From positions 1,227,674-1,291,673 of the forward strand of contig NW_003314261.1 in the NCBI RefSeq assembly GCF_000143415.4: DNA of 64,000 nt. Reading direction: 5' to 3'. The translations under genes were made by a program, and so were the position numbers. Below are positions 26,330-38,559 of this stretch, piece after piece. Under the pieces are notes generated by a model. The model saw only the letters and a program-made list of their open reading frames with translations. It did no database searches and was not told where the DNA came from. This DNA comes from Selaginella moellendorffii (lineage: Eukaryota; Plantae; Lycopodiophyta). Within the stretch, counting starts at the first letter, position 1, and every line of letters starts with the position of its first letter.

Positions 26330-27089
26330 GTTGGGATAGCATTTGAGTAAGGATGTTCAAGATAAGTTTGATTCCAAGGCAACTAATCTGGCCACAGAAC
26401 TTGATGAGATTTTGGTGGTGTGCAAACGGAATTTGCAAGTAGCTCAAGATAGAGTGGAGAAGTTTGCAAATGAGCATTGCTAATTCCGGGGATATAAGGT
26501 AGGTGATCTTGTCTTTGTGCGAATGATCTTTCCATCAAGTGAGTAACGGAACACCTTGGTGCCTTTATGGACAAGGAAGAGTGATAAACTTTCCTATTGA
26601 TATGCTGGTCCATATGAAGTGCTGGAGCACATTGGTAAAGTGGCTTATTGGGTGCGGCTGCCAACTGGGGTGAAAATTCATCTGGTATTTTATGTTAGCC
26701 AGTTGAAAGGTGTACTATCTCAGAGTGATGGGCCCAATGCCTCTTTGATGTATATGGCTACGGAAGATGGACCAGGAGCTTGAGCAAGGTTCCCAGAAAG
26801 GGTGATCACCAGTACAACTCATCCTTGGGACAAGGATTTTGTTGGGGGAAAGAATTGTTAGGCGCCAACTTTGACCACATGGTCAACATTAGTCAAAGAG
26901 AGGCTCAAAGGTATATTAAAGCATGTTAGAGTAAGGGAAAAAACCCTACCCTAGGGCTCATAGTGGAGCAGCAGCACAGTGGAGCTTTTGAGATAACTCG
27001 GGGGTAGTTGAGTGGTGAGGAACCTCAAGAGGTGGTGTAGCATAGTCTAGGGCAATTAGATCTTTGTCTTTTTGCGCCAGATCATAACA
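26330..27089 (+). mobile_element. 3' fragment of a Ty3/gypsy element: integrase C-terminus, PPT, LTR ~26856-27089
   Basis: [49 protein letters not shown]; PPT gggggaaagaa followed by tgttagg...cataaca. Confidence 0.8.
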
Positions 27090-29084
27090 ATACATGAGTT
27101 CTCTCTCTACCCTTGACTTTTAGCTTGAAGGATTTGACAATAAAAGGCCAAAGATCATCATCTACAAGCTAGCAAACCAACATCAAAACAAAATGTTGAG
27201 TCTCTAGTAACATTGCCTCAATAGTATGTTGTGTTTTCATTTTTTCTGGTGATAGAAAGGGATTATTTGGAAAGTGGTGATGTGTAAGGATTGCATTATC
27301 TTACCGTCATGTCAAAGAATATTCTAGTGGTCAAGCAAAGAATGCTTGAATGAATTGAACTCATTGAATTTAAACTTTTGAACTCAATACATCAAAAATT
27401 CTTAAAAATTGGAATTTCTAAAACATTGATCATCGCTGTAAAAACTATATTACCACATTTGGTTTGTAAAAGTCACTTTTGCCTACCTCAAGATCAACAT
27501 AATATTCTCTAAACTGCTCAATCATCACTCTAGATTCAATTTCTAATCAATCTTTTGTGCCGTTGGAACTTTTATAAATATTATAAGGTATATTTTTCCA
27601 TCCTTGCAACAAATCTAGTGCAAAATGGTGCCTCAAGTGGCACACCTTTATATTGAAGATACTTGTAGACAATATATTTAGAAAAGATCCTAGAAATCTT
27701 ATTACATTTTTTAAATTTATTTTGCATGAAATAAAGATGATCATATTAGCAATTAAGAAGTCACTTATCTTAGTATTACTTAAACCTAAGGACACAATAT
27801 CTCAAGACTTTTAACTGATTGAAAAAAGACCCCAAAGTGGTTGATAGTGAAGCTAGTTTACTTGCACATAATAGCATTGAAATAGCTTTGATTAAATTCT
27901 TAATGATGATCCATTATGCTAAGATTAAATTAGTTCCATAGTTCCTTAAGAGTTGCCTATTAAGTGTTAGAAAGAGTTATAGCATTCATTTGCTATAGCT
28001 TGTTGGTGAATCTATTGCACTTGGAGTAAATTATTAGATGGTGAAAGTGTAAAGTTGAGGCATTAGCATTGCTAACACTTGTGTTAATGGAAGTGGCTTA
28101 TTTCGAGTCATGAGGAATTCTCTTTAAACCTTAATTTTCCATGTCATTTTTCTTGTTAGTGTTTTGGCTTTATATTGGATCTTGAAAGTGATTGAAAAAG
28201 AGTGTTAGTGCAATGGGGATATCTGAAGATATGGTCTTTGTGATCGAATTTTGGATGTTCATTTTGCATTTTACAGATATTAGTGTTGAATGTCGGAAAT
28301 AAGAACAAAGGTGTTCAATGCTTAGACATATTATTGGTCATGAGGATTTATATTAAGGTGAACTTATGTGAAGTTGTTAGTAGAAGGAAGTTGGTTGAGT
28401 CTTGAAAGTTTGCATTTCTGGATTGAGAGTCATTCTTTCTTTAGGATGGAACATTTTCCACAAATTTTCTTAGACCTTTTCAATAGTACATTTATTGATT
28501 ATTTTGCTTGAAAACCATTCCGTTTTTGTAAGCCAACTCAAACTAGTATCAATGTTACATATGTAATTTTTTGCACTATATAAATTTTAACTCCACGTTA
28601 GTTTTTTTGATATATCAACAGAATTTAGACTTAGGAATAGGCAAGCTAAAGTTGTTAGTGCATTTTGGATACTACTAAGCTCACCATTGCTATGTGTTTG
28701 GGGTTATTTCCTTAGTGAGAGTAATGAAAAACACCTTATACAACACAATTCCAAAATATTAGTGTATGATTAAGAACGCAAAAAATCCACTTGAGAATAA
28801 GTAGTACAAGACAATATTAAAACTACTTCAAGCCATGCAATCCAAAAGTTTTATGCCAAATTCTCAAAGCTATGTAATTACTCTTAAGGTCTAGAGAAGA
28901 AAGCAAGGAAATAAATGGAGGTTTCATGAAACTAGTAGCATTAGAGCAAGGCATGGTTTTGCACTTCTAGGCACCGCAAAGCAACAAAAGTAGTAGTAAA
29001 GACTCTAAGCTTTAGGGCATGGCAACTAGGAGTGGAAGCCTAGTCTCAACTTAACAATTTTTCAACTCAATATCGTCGAAAGAT

Positions 29085-29500
29085 CTTATGGCTTGGATGC
29101 CAAAGAGACACTAGCTCCATGTTTGAAAGCTTTTATAGCATATGAGATCTTTGCCTTCATCCTAATAGCTTTGCATTTCTCATAATCATCAGCACTTGCA
29201 ACCATGTAGGGCTTGTGAAACAAGGAAAAGAGTACTTGTATACAATAAAGATGAAGTATGAGATTTGTCTTGGGCGTGAACACTACCATGAGTGATTGAT
29301 CTCTTGGAACAAGGGATGAGGTAATGATGGTGTTAGAATCTTTGCCTCTAGAGCTAAGCTATATAATATGGACTACCATTTTGAGTGCATGTAAGAAATG
29401 GAAAAATGTGTAGATTAGAAAGATTATGTATGACACTTGAGTGAAGATCAATAAAAGGAACAAAGTTGTATATATACTTATGGCTAATCTATATGGAAAT
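29085..29500 (+). pseudogene. PLS-class pentatricopeptide repeat (PPR) gene remnant including E domain
   Basis: Frameshifted translation PNSFAFLIIISTCNHVGLVKQG..EHY..VIDLL..LESLPLELSYIIWTTILSACKKWKNV..VYILMANLYG matches the P2-L2-S2-E pattern of RNA-editing PPR proteins. Confidence 0.8.
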
Positions 29501-29779
29501 TAACATTTACATTGAAGGAATAAAAATTGGCAACTATGATAAAAAAAAGCACTAACTAAGCACTCCATTGTAATGTGTGATGCTGGGACAAGATAATAAT
29601 AATATAAAATCCATGTGCAATACTAATATATTATTCTTTTTCAATGTCAGAAACACCTATGTTCCACCTCATGTTCTCTGTGATGGATCTAAAGTTTAGT
29701 ATTTGGATCCCATAAAGCATACAATAAACAAAATACATATAAAATGGTGAAGAAAATATGTTTAAATGCAACTTATAAA

Positions 29780-30065
29780 ATGCTTTATTTCGTTAAAGTG
29801 GAACTTTTCATTATCCCACTTATGGTGTGTGGCCACATGCCATTTTTATAACAACAATAAAAAATTGAAGTTTTAGCTTTATAATTTATAAATTAAAAAC
29901 TTTTCATATGATTTTGTGTTATAATATTTTGAAATATAACAAATAAATAAAAAACTGATAGAAATATTAATAAATATTAATTAAGTACTAGGAAATGGCA
30001 TGTGGACACATGCTAATTAATGTCCCACTTTACTGAATAAGTCCCACTTTAACGAAATAAAGCTT
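29780..30065. mobile_element. Non-autonomous MITE related to the Sola-like element at 44394-57476
   Basis: Termini atgctttatttcgttaaagtgg ... cccactttaacgaaataaagctt closely match the large element's TIRs and subterminal tcccactt repeats; 4-bp TSD TAAA; two copies of the 22-bp palindrome (29822, 29995). Confidence 0.9.
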
Positions 30066-31524
30066 TAAAGTGGTTGATTGTCACATTGTAGACCTTCCTA
30101 TTTACAATGTTGATTCTAAAATTATGAACTATTATAATGGTATTATTGTTTGATATTAACACTTTTAACTTCCTGCCTTCAAGTATATTGTTGTTACTTC
30201 CTTTGACAGTATTTCTAATCTTTGCATGTTTCTTCTTCTTCATTTATAAAATTTCTTGAGAAAAGTGTTAATTGCAACTATAAAGTGTTCTCTTCAAATT
30301 TAAAGTTTACTTCAATAAGAGTTTAAAACTTTAAATTTGTGAAGCTCACCACTTATTCCAAGGGCTAAATACACAATATATGTTCTAGTTTTTGGATAAC
30401 TTACACTATAATAAACCATATGTAAAGAACTTATGCTGAACAAAACCACATCAATTAGTGTTGTGGAGGATCTCTATATGGACATCATCCCCGAAAACAA
30501 GGGCAATTGTCACATACTATAAATCACATTTACCATTGTCACATTCTATTTTTCTTGCAATTCATTAATAAAACCTCAATATGACTCAAAAAAATAACCT
30601 AAAACATTTTTACAGCCACCTATTATTAGTGTATATCAGTCAAGACCAATAAATATTCATTCATCTAAAAGATTTATCTAGAGTTCTTGAGAGGATCAGT
30701 AAGAATTATAACACAAAGGAATAAATTTCATTTCACTATCACAATCTTTATATTACACTCCTTGTCCTTTTTATCAATTCAGGAATATAAAAACTATGGT
30801 CACTATTGATAAAAATACTTTTGTTATTTCCAATACAAGAGAGAAATGAATATATAAATAGCATTCTTAAAAAGACCAACAAATTTACTCCATAAAAATT
30901 TCTATGACATCTATAATTTATATATCAATTTATATGAAAAACTTTGTCTGCTTGCCTATATCACAATCCTCCCATATGATAAGAGTAAGGTATATTTTTT
31001 AAGTGAATCCCCACTAGGAGTTTAGGAGTGAGATATGAATAATAAATAATAGAAATTGAAATCTTTCAAAACACTCAAAAGTAATCACATCAAAGAATCT
31101 TGTCTATCTACACTAATAGGTAATCTCACATAAGAGAATTCTTGTTTGCTCTACCACTATAATGGAGTCTATATTTCCCTTTAATCTATTTCCTTAGAAA
31201 GTTGGCATAAGTGTAAAACATATTGAAGTAAATTTATTGAAATGATTAAATAATTTAGCATGTCTCGTGCTAATTAATAATAACGTAACTTATATAAAGT
31301 ATTATTATATAAAATGTTTTATAATAGAATTTTGTACAATAATTCCAAATTAAACATTGAATACTGCTTAGTATCCACATGTACCTCCCTCTGTCAAAGA
31401 ACTACAACTTTACGTAATAATTCTCTTATATATGATGTTAAAAATAAATATTATTAAATAAATTTTAATCATTAAGTGTTTTTATATAAACATTATAAAC
31501 TAAAATTGTTGCTATTTCTCTATA

Positions 31525-32388
31525 TTGATGATTATAATGATTAAGAGAATTAGTTTTATATTTATTATTTTCTTTATCTTAGTAAAATCAAATAGTTATA
31601 AATCAAAAATTGGAAAAATTTCAGTATTAAATCCAGCAGATATAAATTTAATAATAAAAAGTTTAAAATCTTTAATATTTAAAATTGTAACTGATGGTTC
31701 TAATGATCCATATCCATCTACATACTCAGATGCAGATTTAATAACTACTTCCAAAGGAGTGGTACATTTAATTATTAAATCTAAAGATCAATGTTCTTTA
31801 GAAAGTCCAGATGGAATTACAGGAAATACTTTAAGAAAAGGTTTTAGAACTATATATAATAATATTCTTTCAGAATTAGAAGAATATTGTTCAGACTATT
31901 TTTTTAGAGAGAGTTTACATTATTTAATAAGTTACAAACTAACAAATGATCCAGAGTTTGAGTCTCCAGAATTAGCTAAAAGTATTACTTCATTTAACCC
32001 ATTATGTCAGATTGAATATTCTACTTTATTTAATCCAGCAATATTATATACTGAAATGTTTTTAAGTTCTTCAAATGGTAGAAATATATTATTGCTACAA
32101 TCAAATTGTAAGCTTGTTTTATTTTCTTTAAAAAATAAAATATGGGAATCCCAGACTATACACAAAAATATTTTTAATTGCACATTGAAACTTCAAAATG
32201 ATGGTAACTTTGTTATTTACTATAATACAAAACCTCAATGGGCTACAAATAGGTATTGTAATAAATGTAATATTCCTGTATTTCTTATTGTTCAAAATGA
32301 TTGTAATATAGTAATTTATACAACAAAATTTCCAAACTATATTTTTTGGGATTCAAACACTGCAAAACATATTCTTTGTTCATTATAA
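31525..32388 (+). CDS. Secreted protein with C-terminal bulb-type (GNA/B-) lectin domain and an uncharacterised N-terminal domain
   Basis: Intact 287-codon intronless ORF in very AT-rich DNA (first ATG at 31528); hydrophobic signal MIKRISFIFIIFFILV; three QxDxNxVxY-type repeats (QSNCKLVLF, QNDGNFVIY, QNDCNIVIY) followed by W-x-S/T motifs. Confidence 0.8.
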   Translation: MMIIMIKRISFIFIIFFILVKSNSYKSKIGKISVLNPADINLIIKSLKSLIFKIVTDGSNDPYPSTYSDADLITTSKGVVHLIIKSKDQCSLESPDGITGNTLRKGFRTIYNNILSELEEYCSDYFFRESLHYLISYKLTNDPEFESPELAKSITSFNPLCQIEYSTLFNPAILYTEMFLSSSNGRNILLLQSNCKLVLFSLKNKIWESQTIHKNIFNCTLKLQNDGNFVIYYNTKPQWATNRYCNKCNIPVFLIVQNDCNIVIYTTKFPNYIFWDSNTAKHILCSL

Positions 32389-33357
32389 TTTATTTTATTT
32401 ATATTTTTTATAATTTTTTGTCTCATTAAAATGTGAAGGATAATGGACATATTTAAAACTTTAAAATTAAATAATATGATTGATTTTAAGATATTCTATC
32501 ATATTCAATTACTTTAGTTCATATTTTACTACTTTGATAAAGTTATTGCTTATTATAATATTCCATTTCAAATTTTAATATAAACATCTTATATTTATTA
32601 ATTTTTTGCACTTACTTCAAATATATGGTTTTTGTCATTAAATGTAGGATTTAAATGGAAACAAATTTGAACTCCTTAATTTGATTGAAAAATGATATAT
32701 TTATTGATAAATTATATATGAAACTTAAGGTAACCCTATTTCATAACTCATTTAAAAGTAATAATATATATTTAAAAGTAATAACTAATATTGTTAATTT
32801 TCTAAGTGAAAATATGTAATTAAAGTAATAATTATTCTTAGTATTATCATTTCTCTTTCTTTAAAGTAATATATTACTTTGTCTATTTCATGTGTAGTGA
32901 GATTTTGATATTTATTGATCTAATTTCAATCTAAACCACTCACTATATATAAATTAATATTTTTGAGCTAATCAAATATGCATATTTTTATATTTCCATG
33001 CACTAACATTTGTTTAGGTGAGAGGTGTCCTTAAGAAATGTTTAGATTTGTGGTTTTCGTTTAGATTTAATATTATATGCCATAATATAGATGTTTGTTA
33101 GAACATAACATAAGATGTTTGCAAAAAAAGTGTTTTTGTCACTTCTTTAAATCTGTACTCTATGCTTTTTGGGTAGTAATGCCAGGTTTGTCAGAATTTA
33201 AAAATTTATTAATTAAAAAAAGGATTCTATATAAGGCTATATAACCATTTAAAAGGAAAAAAAAAACTTTCATATAAGCTTGTTGTTCATAAAAGAGAGA
33301 CTTCATTCTTCTCTATAATACATTTTTTAAGGGGTTGGTCATAGCATAGTATCTAAA

Positions 33358-34645
33358 ATGGTCAAAACTTGAGTTGAGCTAAATTAAGCTTAAATCAATA
33401 CTAGTCAATATAGTTAGCCATAAGTCTTCTAAGTAAATGTCATGTTAGAAAAATGTTATTCTTTAGTGAACTTGAAATTCATGAATTTAATTGTCAATGG
33501 TTTGGAGAAATTTCTGTTTTTGAATATATTTATAGAGAAAACTTCTAATTTCTAATGCAACCTATACAATAAAATACTGATTGAGTAGTTTCTAGAATTA
33601 GAAGTCCAGTCAAACCCATAGAATTGTTGTTTTTTACATTCATAATTTTTTGGGTATAAAGAGCTTTTTTGAGCCCAAATAAAAATGGGAATATTGAAGT
33701 TTGCATGAACCTGAAATTTCTATTGTACATTTTGATATTTTGACATTTCAATAATTAACCAGAAATATATAAATAATTCAAAACACTAATTCATTCTTTA
33801 AGGTTTTACAAGGATGGGAAGCATGGAAAACAAAAAGCCTATGAATAGTTATAGCAAAAAAACTATGAGAATTTTAATTTTGTTTCATTACCACAACCTC
33901 TATATTACACTCCTAGTCTTTATTACTCATTTAGGAATGTAAAGACCACTGTCACTATTAATAAAAATAATACTTCTAAAACAACAATCCAAAACAAGAA
34001 AAAAAAAAGAAACAGACAACACAATAAAAAGCACTAATAAATCTATTTCATAAAGTTTTCCATAGCTTTTGTATTATAAAGAAAAATAATTTTTTTTATA
34101 TATATCCTATTCCTTTTGATCTTTGTAAGAAATGCTTGATATAGACATGCATTATCTTCAGTGTCTTGTATGCTACTTTTATTTAAATAAGACAAATGGT
34201 TGCATAGGTTTGGTAAATTTTCTTCAACACTGTCGCATGTACCCAAAAGTAGGTTTGGAAGGTGTGCACACATGGATGTACAAGAAACCAAAAAAGAATT
34301 AAAGACACACAACTATTATGATTTCATAGTGAAGAACAATATTCCATTAGTGAACATTGCATTAGTGAGTGCTGAATATAATATATTTAGGCCACCCTTT
34401 AATGTAATATAAAATTCATGTATAATTTCTTCAAAATTTTAGTTCATTATAAGTAAAGTGGAAAATCTTATATTTTTGAGAATGACATGTATCATTGATG
34501 GAGATTGGAATCAATACCTAGACAATGTGCTGTAGATGTCATCATCTACGAGATTTGGTATGATGTTAGTAGAACTATCATACCCTGGTAAAACCCATGT
34601 AGCACACTCGCTATCAAAAAAACCCTCATGTTCTCTTCTACATAA
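33358..34645 (-). repeat. Deleted inverted copy of the 41.9-44.4 kb + 57.5-58.1 kb segment (putative left arm of MULE copy 2)
   Basis: Colinear inverted matches: 33358-34005 with 57477-58139; 34000-34150 with 44210-44393; 34150-34400 with 43470-43670/42700-42930; 34485-34645 with 41905-42070. Confidence 0.8.
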
Positions 34646-37109
34646 ACTAGCACTGCCACCTTATCAAACTAAATTTCCAATTAGGATTTAAGGAATTATG
34701 CAAACAATGATAGGTTTCACTTTCTAAAGAAGAGTATGAGACAAAAGCAAATGAGATTTGAATATGATGGAGTGAAGATGGCCATATGGACATAAATTGT
34801 TTATTACAACTTGAGTCATGGTTGGGGTGGTGGGAAGTTAGGATGTTCTAATGGGGATATCACTCTTTTCAAGTTGGTTTTACTTTTTCTTCTCTTTTTA
34901 TTGCCTTTTAATATCATATTTTTTATTAGGACCAACCATTTGAGGATCTTGCATATACCCCAACTGTAAATCTCCTAGAGAGTAAGCATTTGAGTTGGCA
35001 TTCTTCTAAGGCAGCGAAAGGGAAGATGAGTCTATACAAAATATGTCTATTGAATTTGATACATGCTAAAGAGTAGTCTTCAGAAACCTTAACATTTAAA
35101 GAAGGAAAATATATAAGAATAGGACCTTCAATTGAAATATTATATAATCGAATGAATGAGAAAGTTACTCCACCAGCACAAACAGTGGCAACTGCAGAGG
35201 AGGAAGTGGTCCATAGCACATCTACAAAGTACACTCCTTAGGCTTCTCTGGGGAGTGTAATATGCTTCTATTAGTGACACAAAGACTATCTACCTAGATG
35301 AAGATGTTGGCACGAACCTTGGAGCACAAGGTTGTCACAAGCTTGATGTTTAGTACCATTTTACTCCAAGACACTACTCAGATTGAGCCACCTCAAGTGG
35401 CTAATGAAAAGAGTGCATCACAATAGGTTGAAATTGTTTACCATAGCATGAAACTAAAACAATGGGCAATCCGTTGCATATCAACAAAATTTAATATTAG
35501 GTGTGTTGGGATGCTTTCGAAGGGCAAATATTAAACCTAGATCTATACTGACAAATCTGCTTCTAACTTTTATCACAATTGTTCATTGTGGATGGAGTAA
35601 ATCTCATATATCCATTTATGTTTACAATTATTTGCTAGCAATTATAATTTCTACTCCATCCTAGATTTGATCATATAACAAACTCCTTTTCAGTTATAAC
35701 TTAATAATAGAACTAATAATAGATATGTTTTGATCTTTCTTGTTTTGATCTTTCTGAAAATAAGATATTTGTAGAAAAAGTATACTTGTCACTTTTTATT
35801 AATTATATACAATATAATAAGTGTATACTATTGTAGCACATGTGATCATGGGATGAGATTTGGATATACTATCACCATGGATCCTTGGAACTTTGGGAGA
35901 TAAATGGGGATAAAATAGCCACTAAGGGCTCTCTCATCAAGCAATTGCCCCTTTTCCAGTTGGCTTAAGGGGAGAGAGATAAGGTGCGCTACAGTTGGTA
36001 TCGGAGCAAATGGCACGGGTTCGATTCCCATTGATTAGTGGCTACTTAAAAGTATAATATACCCTTGAGCAAGGTATATTTCTACCCCTAAATTTGAAAT
36101 CGTACGTATTGGGTATCCATGCGTACGTCCTTCCTCTTGTGTGGAGTATCCACGGACGAAGGTATCCACCGTGGGACTGCGGTACGAGTGGATGACTAGT
36201 TACCTCACATGGAATAGTTGGTTTACACAATGGAAGGATTGGTAGATTAAGTGCGGAAATGGAGGTGCTGGTTCCCCTTGGCTCAGTAGGGGTTGTTAGT
36301 CAATAGTCAATGAGGACATTGACATCTCTGAAGGGGGGGTGAGTGTAGCGCATGTGATCATGGAGATAAATGGGGATAAAATAGCCACTAAGGGCTCTCT
36401 CATCAAGCAATTGCCCCTTTTCCAATTGGCTTAAGGGGAGAGAGATAAGGTGCGCTACAATTATTGATATGGAAATTCTAGTTAGCTCCAAAAGTCTTTT
36501 GCAATACAGCAATAGTAAGGCTTGCTTTAGTATATATGAATATCCACTTTGGGATCCGAATGCAAGATCTTGATGAAGATGTAGTACATATGCTTGCAAA
36601 GAGTATATGCCTTCTCATATTCCTCATGCTTTATAAAGTCTGGACATGTGTAAGAAAGAAAGGTTTTGAAGGATGATTATATACTATTCATCTTCTATTT
36701 TGATTATGTACTTCTTTGTAAGTGTAGTGATGTACTTCATAGAGAGAATCTCACATTCAAGCTAGACTTATTTTACCCTACTTTTTCTTGGAGACGGTAC
36801 CAATAAATTTAATTTCTTTATCTTTTCTTGCTAGCTTCCTGTACATCTCTATAGAAACAATCCCAGTTTTATCACTCATGTTTCCAACTCTTCTTTTAAT
36901 ATTGAAACCAGATTTCTCAAGGTTTTCAATATCATCCTAGGTGAGTGTGAACCCATTAGCAATTGACCATTCTTTAGGTACTGCATTAGATTAGTCACTA
37001 TAGTGTCTTCAAGCCACTTTATATGGTTGGCATTAGTGTGTAGCAATATAGCTAGCACCATCTTGAAACTCATGCATATTTTTGTTCTCCATGGAAACAT
37101 AGGGCTGGT
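34645..37109. pseudogene. Second, more decayed copy of the MULE transposase, split by an internal inversion and a TRIM insertion
   Basis: 34645-35565 is the reverse complement of 22021-22945; 35790-35831 plus 36460-37108 is a direct copy of ~21310-22020. Confidence 0.85.
35832..36459 (+). mobile_element. TRIM family 1, second copy
   Basis: LTRs 35832-35993 and 36344-36459 (the latter with a 46-bp deletion); PBS tggtatcggagc; PPT; TSD ACTAT/ATTAT; near-identical to 6760-7445. Confidence 0.95.
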
Positions 37110-37362
37110 TAGGGGTAGGGCAGTCGCCAGCATTAGGGCTTTTATAGAAAGTAGAGTGGGAGATTGGGAGTGACTTAGTGGGATCCATCGACATTAAAAA
37201 CAATGCTACCAAGAGTAAGTCATTTTTTTCTCCTTCTCTTTCTCCTAGTGCCGATCACTCAACAATGCCTCCTCACATGCTGCCATGCCACTACCTCTAT
37301 ACTCACCACACGAACTGGGCTGCATGCTATGTCGATCGGGCTGAGAGCCTCGGCACACAATG

Positions 37363-37498
37363 TGTTAGGCACCAGATCAGGATAATAGGATAAATAAAGG
37401 GTTTAGCTAGTTGGCTTAGGGTGTAAGGGATAGCCCTACAATCAAGTGATCACCCCTTTAGCTAGTTGGCTTAGGGTGTAAGGGATAGGATCCTAACA
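37363..37498 (+). mobile_element. Solo LTR of TRIM family 2 with internal ~32-bp duplication
   Basis: TGTTAGG...CCTAACA termini; TSD CAATG; matches the LTRs at 40665-41056. Confidence 0.9.
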
Positions 37499-38559
37499 CA
37501 ATGTGGGCTGCCTTGGCCAGGACAACAAATAGGCTAGAATGGGTGGCACAAGCTGGGCTAGGCCTAGCACCGCATTGTGCTGCTTGGGTCAGACCCAAGC
37601 ACTACATGGGCCAGGCTGAGTGCCTCTGCATGCCTCACCTACTGCCACTCACACTTGGTACACAGATAGGCCTATACTGTGCTGGGCACAGGCTGGGCTG
37701 AAATGGCATGCCATGCGGGGCGAGTGGGCTGCAAATGGAGTGCCATGTGGGTCAGGCAAGGTGCTGCACCCGCACTTGCAAGGTGCTCGGCCATGCGGCG
37801 CTGGGCACCAGCTGGGCTGGGATAGCAAGTAGAGCAGGCCAAGACAATGTGCCACACGGGGCACATCAGTTGCAGCATCATGCTGCATGGGGCGCAATGT
37901 TCTACCACACAAGCCATCCAGCCGCTGCCCATGCCTGGCATGCTGGGAAACTGGTGGATGTGGGCCAGGCGTTGGGTCAGGCCAGGCCAAGCCAAGCACA
38001 CCGTGGGCCAGGCTGGGTGCCTCACCCACTAGTGCCCATGCATGATATGTCAATGTACCATAGGCCATAGTGTCATGTGGCATAGGGCATAGGGGCCATG
38101 GCATCATACCACACAGAACACATGGCCCACAATGTCCCATGGCAAGGGCTGAGCGCTCGGCCGGGCCTAGTATATCAGCAAACTGGTAAACATGGGCCAG
38201 GTGCTCGGTTGGGCCCTATAAGCTAGCGAATCGGTGGATGAAGCTGAGTCAGCTTGGGCTGGGCTTGCCTGAGCAGCCCACTAGAGTGGTGGGCCTCAGC
38301 ACCACCTCCTGCAGCCAATACGCCAGCGTACTAGTGGATGACCACCACACAGGCAAGCCTAGGAGCCATGAAGAACATGTTGGGCATGCTGTCTGGGCTT
38401 GCTTGAGCGGTCTGCTAGTGGCCGGTATGCCAGTGTACCGGCAGATACTGGCAGCATTGGGAGCTCCATAGGGCGGACCTTACTGCTTGTATTTCTTATG
38501 CATTTTTCTTTTTTCTTTTCTTTATAATGAGTTTTTCTTGTTTTCAAAAACAAAAAAAA

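Noticed and set aside
25467-26477. Many 100-220 aa ORFs in the GC-rich block, and similar ones at 37500-38470
   Set aside because: Open on both strands because of GC-rich repeats; no recognisable domain; they lie after a splice donor.
27100-29000. Possible LINE or gene remnant in AT-rich DNA
   Set aside because: No motif that I could read with confidence.
33330-33360. TSD for the proposed giant MULE (versus 58140-58150)
   Set aside because: No 8-10 bp duplication found, so the exact termini are not established.
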